This document shows, piece after piece, positions 52,667 to 62,855 of a stretch of DNA of 62,855 nt. The stretch lies in NCBI GenBank assembly GCA_945860125.1, contig CAMAPQ010000002.1:1-62855 (forward strand), given 5' to 3'. The DNA is from Klebsiella pneumoniae (GTDB lineage Bacteria; Pseudomonadota; Gammaproteobacteria; Pseudomonadales; CAMAPQ01). The notes beneath the pieces were generated by a model that made no database searches, was not told the origin of the DNA, and saw only the letters and a program-made list of their open reading frames with translations. The position numbers and the translations under genes are program-made. Numbering within the stretch: the stretch's first letter is position 1; the number at the start of each line of letters is the position of its first letter.

Positions 52667-55507
52667 ATGGATAAAAGTACGATGTACCACCAATGGCGGA
52701 CCTCCTACCTTTCTGGCGGGAATGTGTCTTACGTTGAGTCTTTATATGAATCCTATCTTAAAGATCCCAATTCAGTGCCAGAAGATTGGCGAAAGAATTT
52801 TGAAATGTTGCCAAGAGTTGATACTAATCTTGAGAAAGATCTCCCCCATTCTGATGTTCGTGATCACTTCCTCTATCTTGCCAAAAATCGCAATCGCGTT
52901 AAACCTCTTGAAGTCAGTAAAGTTTCCACAGAGCATGAAAGAAAGCAAGTCAAAGTCTTGCAGCTTATTTCTGCATATCGTGTGAGGGGCCATCAAAAAG
53001 CAAATCTAGATCCTTTGAAGCTAATGTCACGCCAGGCGGTACCTGATCTCGAGCTGGGTTACCATGGCTTATCTGCTGCTGATTTTGAAACGACATTTAA
53101 TACGGGTAATTTATTCATTGGCAAAGAAGAAGCTAGGCTGCGTGAAATAATTCAAACGCTTGAAAAAACGTATTGCGCCAGTATTGGCGTGGAATACATG
53201 CATATTGTCAATACAGAAGAAAAGCGTTGGATTCAGCAGCGCATGGAAAGTGTTGAGTCTCATCCTGATTATTCGCCTGATATTAAAAAACAGATTTTAG
53301 AGCGTTTGATTGCGGCCGAAGGTTTAGAGAAATCGCTTGCCTCAAAGTATCCTGGCTATAAACGTTTTGGGTTGGAAGGTGGTGAGAGTTTAATTGTATC
53401 GGTCAATGAATTAATTCAACGTGCAGGCCAGCATGGCGTGAAAGAAATTGTCATGGGTATGGCGCACCGTGGCAGGCTTAATGTTTTGGTCAATATTTTA
53501 GGCAAAAATCCTGCTGATTTATTCCATGAATTTGAAGGGAAACGTATCACGCAAGTGGGTTCGGGTGATGTGAAATATCATCAAGGCTTTTCATCTAATG
53601 TGATGACTTCTGGTGGAGAGGTTCATCTTGCTTTAGCTTTTAATCCTTCGCACCTTGAAATTGTATCTCCTGTCGTTGAGGGCTCTGTGAGAGCAAGGCA
53701 AGATCGCCGTAGTGATCTTTTGGGTCAGAAAGTATTGCCTGTTTTGATACATGGCGATGCTGCTTTTGCAGGCCAGGGTGTTGTGATGGAAACCTTCCAA
53801 ATGTCACAAACAAGAGGTTATTTTACGGGGGGAACGGTTCATTTTATTGTGAATAATCAGGTGGGTTTTACAACGAGTAATCCTGCGGATGCGCGTTCAA
53901 CTGAGTATTGCACTGATATTGCTAAGATGGTTCAGGCGCCTATTTTTCATGTGAATGGTGATGATCCTGAAGCTGTATTTTTTGCAACGCAATTGATTGT
54001 TGATTTCCGCAAAGAGTTTAGAAAAGATGTTGTGCTTGATTTAATCTGTTATAGACGTCATGGGCATAATGAAACAGATGAACCCTCTGGTACACAACCG
54101 TTGATGTATCAAGTCATTTGGAAGCAATTAAGTCCGCGACAAATTTATTCTGATAAATTAATTGATGAGAAAGTGGTTAGCACAGCTGATCTTGATAAAA
54201 TGATGGATGATTATCGTCAGTTACTTGAAGACGGTCAGCACGTTGTGAAGAGTTTGGTTCGGGAGCCTAATCGCGAACTTTTTGTTGACTGGTCTCCCTA
54301 TCTTGGCCATGGCTGGATTCCCTATGTTAATACGACTTTCCCTTTAGAGGGCCTACAAAAACTTAGTCAAACGATGGATCAATTCCCTGAAGGCTTTGTA
54401 ATACAGAAGCAGGTTGAGAAGATATATGAAGATCGCCGTAAAATGATGGCGGGTGCTTTGCCAATTAATTGGGGCTGTGCAGAAGTGATGGCGTACGCTA
54501 CTTTGCTGCATGATGGTTTTTATGTGCGCATGACCGGGCAAGATTGTGGTCGAGGTACTTTCTCTCATCGTCATGCTGTTGTGCATAATCAAAAAACAGG
54601 CGAAGCTTTTTGCCCTCTGAAAATGCTATCAACCCCGAATGCCTCTTTTGAATTATATGATTCTTTGCTATCAGAAGAAGCTGTTTTAGGTTTTGAGTAT
54701 GGTTACGCAACAACAGCGCCTAAGGGTGTGGTGATTTGGGAGGCTCAATTTGGCGATTTTGCTAATGGTGCACAGGTTGTTATTGATCAATTTATTTCGT
54801 CAGGCGAGCATAAGTGGGCAAGAGTTTGCGGGCTTGTTATGTTATTGCCTCACGGTTATGAAGGGCAGGGGCCTGAGCATTCTTCAGCGCGTTTAGAGCG
54901 CTTTTTGCAGTTGTGTGCTGAATATAATATTCAGGTTTGCGTGCCTTCAACACCGGCACAAATTTATCATCTTTTACGCCGGCAGGGTATTCGTCCAATT
55001 AGAAAACCTTTAGTTGTGATGACCCCTAAAAGTTTGCTGCGTCATAAACTGTGTATCTCGTCTCTTGAGGATTTAAGTGAAGGTAGTTTTAGTCTATTGA
55101 TTGATGAAGTTGAACCACAGATTAATCCTGAAAATGTAACGCGTGTGGTGCTATGTAGCGGCAAAATTTACTATGATCTTGCAGAAAAAAGACGTACCCA
55201 GTCTATTATGAATATCGCTATTGTGCGGATTGAACAGTTATATCCTTTTCCTGAGAAAGAGTTGGAAGAGGCGTTAGCTCGTTATCCTCAGTTAAAAACA
55301 ATTGTGTGGTGTCAAGAAGAACCAATGAATCAAGGTGCTTGGTACTGTAGTCAGCATCATATTCGCCATGCTGTGACGCGTGTTAATAGTAGTTTGTATT
55401 TGAAATATGCGGGTCGCACGTCTTCTGCTGCACCTGCTTGTGGGTATTTAAGCGTTCATGTTGAAGAGCAAGAACGGCTGATCAATGATGCTTTTTTTGC
55501 TGAGTAA
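52667..55507 (+). CDS. sucA: 2-oxoglutarate dehydrogenase E1 component
   Basis: 946 aa. The N-terminus ...SYLSGGNVSYVESLYESYL matches E. coli SucA (SYLSGANQSWIEQLYEDFL), and the ThDP-binding region is GDAAFAGQGVV. Confidence 0.96.
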   Translation: MDKSTMYHQWRTSYLSGGNVSYVESLYESYLKDPNSVPEDWRKNFEMLPRVDTNLEKDLPHSDVRDHFLYLAKNRNRVKPLEVSKVSTEHERKQVKVLQLISAYRVRGHQKANLDPLKLMSRQAVPDLELGYHGLSAADFETTFNTGNLFIGKEEARLREIIQTLEKTYCASIGVEYMHIVNTEEKRWIQQRMESVESHPDYSPDIKKQILERLIAAEGLEKSLASKYPGYKRFGLEGGESLIVSVNELIQRAGQHGVKEIVMGMAHRGRLNVLVNILGKNPADLFHEFEGKRITQVGSGDVKYHQGFSSNVMTSGGEVHLALAFNPSHLEIVSPVVEGSVRARQDRRSDLLGQKVLPVLIHGDAAFAGQGVVMETFQMSQTRGYFTGGTVHFIVNNQVGFTTSNPADARSTEYCTDIAKMVQAPIFHVNGDDPEAVFFATQLIVDFRKEFRKDVVLDLICYRRHGHNETDEPSGTQPLMYQVIWKQLSPRQIYSDKLIDEKVVSTADLDKMMDDYRQLLEDGQHVVKSLVREPNRELFVDWSPYLGHGWIPYVNTTFPLEGLQKLSQTMDQFPEGFVIQKQVEKIYEDRRKMMAGALPINWGCAEVMAYATLLHDGFYVRMTGQDCGRGTFSHRHAVVHNQKTGEAFCPLKMLSTPNASFELYDSLLSEEAVLGFEYGYATTAPKGVVIWEAQFGDFANGAQVVIDQFISSGEHKWARVCGLVMLLPHGYEGQGPEHSSARLERFLQLCAEYNIQVCVPSTPAQIYHLLRRQGIRPIRKPLVVMTPKSLLRHKLCISSLEDLSEGSFSLLIDEVEPQINPENVTRVVLCSGKIYYDLAEKRRTQSIMNIAIVRIEQLYPFPEKELEEALARYPQLKTIVWCQEEPMNQGAWYCSQHHIRHAVTRVNSSLYLKYAGRTSSAAPACGYLSVHVEEQERLINDAFFAE

Positions 55508-55551
55508 GTTAGAAATAATCAATTCAATTTTTGATGGTAAGGGATGGCACA

Positions 55552-56805
55552 ATGTACGAAATAAAGGCCCCTCAGTTTCCTGAGTCGATAGCAGACGGCA
55601 CTATTGCTTCTTGGCATAAAAAAGTAGGCGATAGCGTTAAAAGGGATGAGCTAATTGTTGATATTGAAACAGATAAAGTTGTTTTAGAAGTGGTTGCCTC
55701 AGCAGATGGCACCCTGACAAAAATACTCAAAAAACCTGGCGATGTAATTTCAAGCCTTGAGCTATTAGGTGTAGTTGAAGAAGGTGTTGTTAAAGAAGGC
55801 GTAGTAAGTGCTACTGCACCGCAGCAAGTTGCGGCTTCTAATTCAACAGCTGCGCCTGCATCTAAAGAGGTTTTAAAGGATAAGCCCTCCTCTGTCGAGA
55901 AACCTTCTTCACCCGCAGCACGCCGTTTACTGGATGAAAAACAGCTTAGCATTAGCCAAGTTGAGGGTTCTGGGAAGGGCGGCAGAGTCACAAAAGAAGA
56001 TGTGGTTGGGCATATTAGTGCTGAGCAAAATACAAAGCCTGTAGCGTCTGTAGGTCAGCCTTATTCACAAACAGTTGATAAGTCTCGCGATCAAATATAT
56101 GCAGATCGTGAAGAGCGTCGTGTGCCGATGACACGCTTACGTGCGCGTATTGCAGAGCGTTTAATGCAAGCGAAACAAAATACCGCGATGCTCACGACGT
56201 TTAATGAAGTGAACATGAAACCAGTCATGGAAATGCGTAAAAATTATAAAGATGCTTTTGAAAAAGCACATGGTACTAAACTAGGTTTTATGTCTTTTTT
56301 TGTGAGAGCAAGCGTTGAGGCATTAAAGCGTTTTCCTGAAGTCAATGCTTCTATTGATGGAAATGATGTTGTGTATCATAGCTTTTACGATATTGGTGTT
56401 GCTGTTTCAAGTGATCGTGGTTTAGTGGTGCCTGTTGTTCGAGATGCAGATCGTAAAAGTTTTGCTGAGGTTGAGCAGCAAATTATTGCTTTTGGGGAAA
56501 AGGCGCGTGCAGGAAAATTAGCTGTGGATGATATGACTGGCGGTACATTTACCATTTCTAATGGTGGTGTCTTTGGTTCTTTATTATCTACGCCCATTTT
56601 AAATCCACCTCAAAGTGCGATTCTTGGTTTACATAAAATTCAAGATAAGCCAATGGCAGTGAATGGACAGGTTGTGATTTTGCCAATGATGTATTTGGCG
56701 GTATCTTATGATCATCGTCTCCTTGATGGGCGAGATGCTGTACAGTTCTTAGTAACGATTAAAGAGTTAATTGAAGATCCTGCGCGCTTATTATTAGATA
56801 TTTAA
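55552..56805 (+). CDS. sucB: Dihydrolipoyllysine-residue succinyltransferase (E2 of 2-oxoglutarate dehydrogenase)
   Basis: Lipoyl domain [21 protein letters not shown]...[13 protein letters not shown], and catalytic DHRLLDG. Start taken at the ATG at 55552 ([12 protein letters not shown]). Confidence 0.95.
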   Translation: MYEIKAPQFPESIADGTIASWHKKVGDSVKRDELIVDIETDKVVLEVVASADGTLTKILKKPGDVISSLELLGVVEEGVVKEGVVSATAPQQVAASNSTAAPASKEVLKDKPSSVEKPSSPAARRLLDEKQLSISQVEGSGKGGRVTKEDVVGHISAEQNTKPVASVGQPYSQTVDKSRDQIYADREERRVPMTRLRARIAERLMQAKQNTAMLTTFNEVNMKPVMEMRKNYKDAFEKAHGTKLGFMSFFVRASVEALKRFPEVNASIDGNDVVYHSFYDIGVAVSSDRGLVVPVVRDADRKSFAEVEQQIIAFGEKARAGKLAVDDMTGGTFTISNGGVFGSLLSTPILNPPQSAILGLHKIQDKPMAVNGQVVILPMMYLAVSYDHRLLDGRDAVQFLVTIKELIEDPARLLLDI

Positions 56806-56822
56806 TTTTGGGGACAGTTTAA

Positions 56823-58301
<1,479 letters not shown>

Positions 58302-58367
58302 CAAATAAAGAATAAGAGCGTGTGCTGATCCGTTACTTTTTATTGATATAACCAAAAGGCGATTAAG

Positions 58368-59537
58368 ATGAATTTACATGAGTATCAGTCTAAAAAAATC
58401 TTTGCTTCTTATGGATTACCTGTTTCCACTGGTTTTGCTGTTAAAAGTGCAGATGAAGCTGTCGAGGCAGCCAAAAAAATTGGTGGCCATAAATGGGTTG
58501 TAAAAGCACAAGTGCATGCAGGTGGTCGTGGTAAAGCGGGCGGTGTAAAACTCGTCAGTAATGAGCAGGAAATTCGTCAATTTGTCGATAAAATGTTGGG
58601 TTCTAGACTCGTCACTATTCAAACGACCGAGAAAGGTCAGCCAGTCGATGCCGTATTGGTTGAATCTTGTACAGATATTGAAAAAGAGCTGTATTTAAGC
58701 GCGGTGGTTGATCGTGCTTCACGTCGTGTTGTATTTATGTCTTCCACAGAAGGCGGCGTTGATATAGAAAAAGTAGCGCATGAAACACCTGAAAAAATTA
58801 TTCGTACTGTGATTGATCCTTTGGTGGGTGCGCAGCCTTTTCAAGCGCGACAAATCGCCTATAAGCTTGGGTTAAATGCCAGTCAAGTTAAGCAATTTAC
58901 TGACATGTTTTTAAAGCTTGCCAAGCTGTTTGTTGAGAAGGATGTATCGTTGCTTGAAGTTAACCCTTTAGTGATTACTACTGAGGGGAAACTGCATTGT
59001 TTAGATGCCAAAATCGTGATTGATGGAAGTGCTTTATTTAGGCACCCTGATCTTAAAGCGATGGAAGATCTTTCCCAAGAAGATGAGCGTGAGAGAATCG
59101 CAGCAGAGTGGGAATTAAACTATGTATCCTTAGAGGGCAATATTGGTTGCATGGTAAATGGTGCAGGCCTTGCTATGGCAACGATGGATTTGGTGCAATT
59201 AAAAGGGGGTAGTCCTGCAAACTTTTTAGATGTGGGCGGTGGTGCAACACGTGAACGTGTTCGCGAAGCGTTCAAGCTTATTCTTTCGGATGAAAAAGTG
59301 AAGTGCGTATTTGTGAATATTTTTGGCGGCATTGTGCGTTGTGATCTCATTGCTGAAGGCATTATTAGTGCTGTTCAGGATGTATCTGTGAGCGTGCCTG
59401 TGGTTGTTCGTTTGGAGGGTAATAATGCTGAGTTAGGCGCTAAAAAGTTGAGTGAATCTGGCATGAATATTTTGGCAGCTAAAACGTTTGATCAAGGTGC
59501 TGAAATGGCAGTTAAAGCAGCAGGGGGTAAAGTATGA
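58368..59537 (+). CDS. sucC: Succinyl-CoA synthetase beta subunit
   Basis: [19 protein letters not shown] and [18 protein letters not shown] (ATP-grasp), plus [18 protein letters not shown]. Confidence 0.96.
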   Translation: MNLHEYQSKKIFASYGLPVSTGFAVKSADEAVEAAKKIGGHKWVVKAQVHAGGRGKAGGVKLVSNEQEIRQFVDKMLGSRLVTIQTTEKGQPVDAVLVESCTDIEKELYLSAVVDRASRRVVFMSSTEGGVDIEKVAHETPEKIIRTVIDPLVGAQPFQARQIAYKLGLNASQVKQFTDMFLKLAKLFVEKDVSLLEVNPLVITTEGKLHCLDAKIVIDGSALFRHPDLKAMEDLSQEDERERIAAEWELNYVSLEGNIGCMVNGAGLAMATMDLVQLKGGSPANFLDVGGGATRERVREAFKLILSDEKVKCVFVNIFGGIVRCDLIAEGIISAVQDVSVSVPVVVRLEGNNAELGAKKLSESGMNILAAKTFDQGAEMAVKAAGGKV

Positions 59538-60409
59538 GCGTATTAGTTAATAAGAACAGCCGTGTGATTTGTCAGGGTTTCACCGGTGCGCAAGGCACGT
59601 TACATTCTGAGCAGTCTATTGCCTATGGTACCAATATGGTTGGCGGTGTTACGCCTGGAAAAGGCGGTTCCCAGCACTTGAATTTACCTGTTTTTAATAC
59701 AGTAGAAGATGCTGTTAAAGAAACAGGCGCGAATGTCAGTATGATTTATGTTCCTGCTGCTTTTTGTAAGGATTCTATTCTTGAAGCAATTGATGCCGGC
59801 ATTGAGTTGGTTGTGTGCATTACAGAAGGTATTCCTGCGTTAGATATGCTTTATGTTAAAGAATATCTTTCACATCAAAAAGGGATTCGCTTAATTGGGC
59901 CAAACTGTCCTGGTGTAATTACGCCGGGCGAATGTAAAGTTGGTATCATGCCAGGTCACATTCATAAGCCGGGGCGTGTAGGAATTGTTTCACGTTCAGG
60001 CACGTTAACGTATGAAGCTGTTCATCAAACAACTCAGTTAGGTTTTGGTCAGTCTACATGCGTGGGCATTGGTGGCGATCCTATTCCTGGTATGACATTT
60101 ATCGATGTACTAGCCTTGTTTCAAAACGATCCACAAACAGAAGCAATTATCATGGTGGGTGAAATCGGTGGAACGGCTGAAGATGAAGCCGCTGAGTTTA
60201 TTCGTGCGCATGTGACAAAACCCGTTGTGTCTTATATCGCAGGTGTTACGGCGCCTGCCGGTAAACGCATGGGGCATGCTGGGGCAATTATTGCCGGTGG
60301 TAAGGGTACAGCTGCTGAGAAATTTGCAGCACTTGAAGCTGCTGGTGTTAAGACGGTGAGAAATCCTGCCCAAATGGGTCTTGCTGTTAAAGCTATAACA
60401 GGTTGGTAG
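59534..60409 (+). CDS. sucD: Succinyl-CoA synthetase alpha subunit
   Basis: [29 protein letters not shown], and the phospho-His region MGHAGAII. It has a 4-nt overlap with sucC. Confidence 0.96.
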   Translation: MSVLVNKNSRVICQGFTGAQGTLHSEQSIAYGTNMVGGVTPGKGGSQHLNLPVFNTVEDAVKETGANVSMIYVPAAFCKDSILEAIDAGIELVVCITEGIPALDMLYVKEYLSHQKGIRLIGPNCPGVITPGECKVGIMPGHIHKPGRVGIVSRSGTLTYEAVHQTTQLGFGQSTCVGIGGDPIPGMTFIDVLALFQNDPQTEAIIMVGEIGGTAEDEAAEFIRAHVTKPVVSYIAGVTAPAGKRMGHAGAIIAGGKGTAAEKFAALEAAGVKTVRNPAQMGLAVKAITGW

Positions 60410-60449
60410 TTTTTTATTCATGCCTTTTTTAATCGTTTAGGGCAGGTGT

Positions 60450-60995
60450 TTGGTGTTTAAAAAGAGCCTTTTTCTCAGCTTTTTTTTGGTTTTTCTTTTA
60501 GAGCATCAGGCGCTTGCAGCCGAGACACATTTTCAAAAAGTTGATCGGTTAATTCAGGCTCAGGGTTTGGAAGCAATGTTTGAAGTGCAAGCTCAAGCTA
60601 TGCGTCAAAAAACAAGAGAAGGGGCAGCTGAATTTACAGGGCATATTTTAAAAAGTTATACCTTAAGTAAGCCTTATCAGAAAAAAGTTGAAGTACAGTA
60701 TCAGCATTATATTGATCAGGTTGATCATATGTGGTCATCTAAACGCATGGCTGAACTTTGGGGTAGCTACTACGGCCCAAGATTTACTGGAGAAGAAATT
60801 GATGGCCTGATTGCGTTTTATACTTCTGCTCTTGGTAAAAAAGAAGTGGTTGTTTCTCGGGAAATATCAGGCAATTTCACTCATATTATTCTTGCAGAGC
60901 AAAGTGAGAAAATTGAAAAAGCCTATGCTGTGTATATGAAAGAAATAAAAAAAATAATTAAGGATTGTAATTGTGCAGTCAATAGCGATCCTTAA
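60450..60995 (+). CDS. Secreted DUF2059-like protein
   Basis: Signal peptide ...LLEHQALAA. EEIDGLIAFYTSALGKKEVVV resembles the DUF2059 core (..L..L..FY.SP.G.K). Start is TTG/GTG. Confidence 0.45.
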   Translation: MVFKKSLFLSFFLVFLLEHQALAAETHFQKVDRLIQAQGLEAMFEVQAQAMRQKTREGAAEFTGHILKSYTLSKPYQKKVEVQYQHYIDQVDHMWSSKRMAELWGSYYGPRFTGEEIDGLIAFYTSALGKKEVVVSREISGNFTHIILAEQSEKIEKAYAVYMKEIKKIIKDCNCAVNSDP

Positions 60996-61007
60996 AACTT
61001 ATGTATC

Positions 61008-61134
61008 TATACCCTTCGTACTTGAAACCACGGCATTGTTGGCTGCGCTTACTCACCCCAATCTCATAGTTTATCTATGCTCATGGGGTTCCCTCCCTTG
61101 CCTCCTCCCCGTGATTCCAATTACTTTGGGTATA
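61008..61134 (+). repeat. B-type palindromic element copy B4
   Basis: tatacccttcgtacttgaaaccacggcattgttggctgcgcttactcaccccaatctcatagtttatctatgctcatggggttccctcccttgcctcctccccgtgattccaattactttgggtata. It fills the gap between convergent genes and ends 1 bp from the ankyrin gene stop codon. Confidence 0.85.
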
Positions 61135-61135
61135 A

Positions 61136-62692
61136 TTAAATAGGCATCATAAATGCCCCGGCACCGCCAAAGACGGCGATATGGTTCAAAAATGCTTGAC
61201 CAATATCAGCTGTTTCCCCTACATAGGGTGCTGCGTAAGGCTCTATCGCAACACCATGCAAAATTAACTGCCGAATAAAATCAGCGTGGCCATGTTTGCG
61301 GGCAATACTGCCAGGCGTTGCTCGATAATAGTCTGGTTGATTTAGCCTATTAGAAGTAAGACTGAATCTTCTGAGTATCCTGAGTATTTCAATATTATTA
61401 TTGCGTGCAGCATAGTGAAGAATATTTTTTTTCCCTTTGGGGCTTGTCGTCATAATTGAGTCTAAACTCACGCCCAATTCAAGCATGGTTTGAATAATTG
61501 AATGATGATTATTTCTGGCTGCAAGAATAGCAGGTGTATAACCTGATTTGTCAGCTGTGTTTAAGTAATCAGCATCATCTGTAATATCAAAAAGTTGTTT
61601 TAGTATATTAATATGACCATTAATCGCAGCATAATGGCTTAAGGTCTGGTTTGTCTTGCTAGGGGCAAAGAGCTGTTCTTTTTCAAGGCCTATTTCCAGT
61701 AATTTTTCTATTACGGTTGTGCGTCCTTCCGCCGCAGCGAGATGAGCAATCGTAACGCCTTTTTTATCTGCACTCATAATTTGTGTATGGGTGAGTTGAG
61801 CATGCTCAAAAGCATATTGAATAAAGCGCGTGCTGCCAAATTTTGCTGCAATTTGAATGGGTGTGAAGTTGCTGGATCCTGCTTGTTCCAACTGTAAATT
61901 TGGTTTATTAAATAAAGTTATGATTTGCGGATGATCATATTTTGCGGCTAAATCTAGAGCAGAAAAACCAGCTTTATTTTTTTGGTGCAGCATTTTGGGC
62001 GGAATGCCTTTTTGTAGAAAGGCGGTTATAATTTCATGATGCCCTTGTTCTGCTGCAATATGAATCACTGAGTTACCTTCATTATCACGCATCAGTGCGT
62101 TATTAAAAGACATCCCTATATCACTAAAAAAAGTAATAAAACGCAGAGCGTTATGTTGGGCGATTGTATGAAAAACATGTTGGTTATTTATTGGATTTTT
62201 TTCACATAGTTTTTCAACTGTTATACCCATGCTTATAAGTAGTGTAATAACGCTAGGCTGTTCATATTCAATTGCAATATCGGCAAGCGTTTTTTCGGGT
62301 ATACCTGATATATTACGCAAAATGTCTTGTGTCGTATTATGCGAGAGCGATTGAATTTTTACCAAGATAGTTTTAAGTAAATCAACTTCACCAATAGAGG
62401 CAAGTAATCCCGTTATGCTAAGAGGATAATTAGCTAAACGTGCCGTTAAAATTTCAATAGCAGCATTACCAATAAGTGAGTTTTCTGTAATAAAAGGTTC
62501 AATTAATTGAAGTTGTTTTGACTGGGCAAGTAGACTAAATAAGTTCAGTAAATTTTCGGCTGAAACTTTTTTTGAATCTAAAGAAAAAATGTCAGTGACA
62601 AAATCAATGTCGTGCTGAATTATTCCCTGATTGATTAAATCATGAAGTGATGAGTTTGACATATCGTGAATATAGCGTTGAATAATCTGCAT
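61136..62692 (-). CDS. Ankyrin-repeat protein (eukaryotic-like, candidate secreted effector)
   Basis: About 10 ANK repeats, for example GNSVIHIAAEQGHHEIITAFLQKGI, GFSALDLAAKYDHPQIITLF, GVTIAHLAAAEGRTTVIEKLLEIGL, GYTPAILAARNNHHSIIQTMLELGV and KNILHYAARNNNIEILRIL. Confidence 0.85.
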   Translation of the reverse strand: MQIIQRYIHDMSNSSLHDLINQGIIQHDIDFVTDIFSLDSKKVSAENLLNLFSLLAQSKQLQLIEPFITENSLIGNAAIEILTARLANYPLSITGLLASIGEVDLLKTILVKIQSLSHNTTQDILRNISGIPEKTLADIAIEYEQPSVITLLISMGITVEKLCEKNPINNQHVFHTIAQHNALRFITFFSDIGMSFNNALMRDNEGNSVIHIAAEQGHHEIITAFLQKGIPPKMLHQKNKAGFSALDLAAKYDHPQIITLFNKPNLQLEQAGSSNFTPIQIAAKFGSTRFIQYAFEHAQLTHTQIMSADKKGVTIAHLAAAEGRTTVIEKLLEIGLEKEQLFAPSKTNQTLSHYAAINGHINILKQLFDITDDADYLNTADKSGYTPAILAARNNHHSIIQTMLELGVSLDSIMTTSPKGKKNILHYAARNNNIEILRILRRFSLTSNRLNQPDYYRATPGSIARKHGHADFIRQLILHGVAIEPYAAPYVGETADIGQAFLNHIAVFGGAGAFMMPI

Positions 62693-62802
62693 TTTTTCTG
62701 GGTGAAAGTAGGGCCTGTTGAACTTTCAAGATAAGTAATTGATTTAAAAAGACAAGCTCGTATCATTGGTTTCGCCAAAAACCACAAAGACACGAGCCTG
62801 CC

Positions 62803-62855
62803 ATGCCCCGAACAATACTCACGGATGAATTTTGGTCGAAGTTATTGCCAATTCT
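62803..62855 (+). mobile_element. Start of an IS5-family (DUF4096-type N-terminus) transposase ORF, truncated by the window end
   Basis: MPRTILTDEFWSKLLPIL resembles the common M.R..L.DE.W.K....L N-terminus of IS5/IS4-superfamily OrfA proteins. Only 17 codons are visible. Confidence 0.4.

Noticed and set aside
52638-52985. 115-aa ORF overlapping the sucA start
   Set aside because: It is out of frame with sucA, whose N-terminus aligns with E. coli SucA from the ATG at 52667.

Overview
AT-rich (roughly 38-40% GC by eye) chromosomal segment. It resembles an intracellular, amoeba-associated gammaproteobacterium (Legionellales/Coxiellales-like); this is inferred from gene content only. No tRNA, rRNA or CRISPR array was seen.

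Housekeeping backbone:
- aroA-cmk-rpsA.
- nirBD.
- A TCA supercluster: gltA facing sdhCDAB-sucAB-lpdA-sucCD.
- An NfeD/SPFH pair, an FTR1 iron-permease operon, a P-type ATPase, PPK2, and an AlkB-type hydroxylase.

Accessory content:
1. A decaying type I R-M island (1-6.2 kb). It has a disrupted hsdS 3' end, a Fic gene whose catalytic core is deleted, an intact AAA-ATPase + RloB (AbiL-like) pair, and an intact hsdR.
2. Many eukaryotic-like proteins: Myb R2R3-like, Hanks Ser/Thr kinase, class-3 lipase, and an ankyrin-repeat protein.
3. A 1245-aa protein with an N-terminal SIR2 (SIR2_2-type) domain and about 950 aa of unassigned C-terminus. It sits in a repeat-scrambled patch next to a fragment of a second hsdR. 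This is my best candidate for a novel or poorly described defence system.
4. Two families of roughly 100-127 bp palindromic MITE/REP-like elements. One copy is a nested insertion with a 7-bp target duplication.
5. IS982 and IS5-family transposase remnants.
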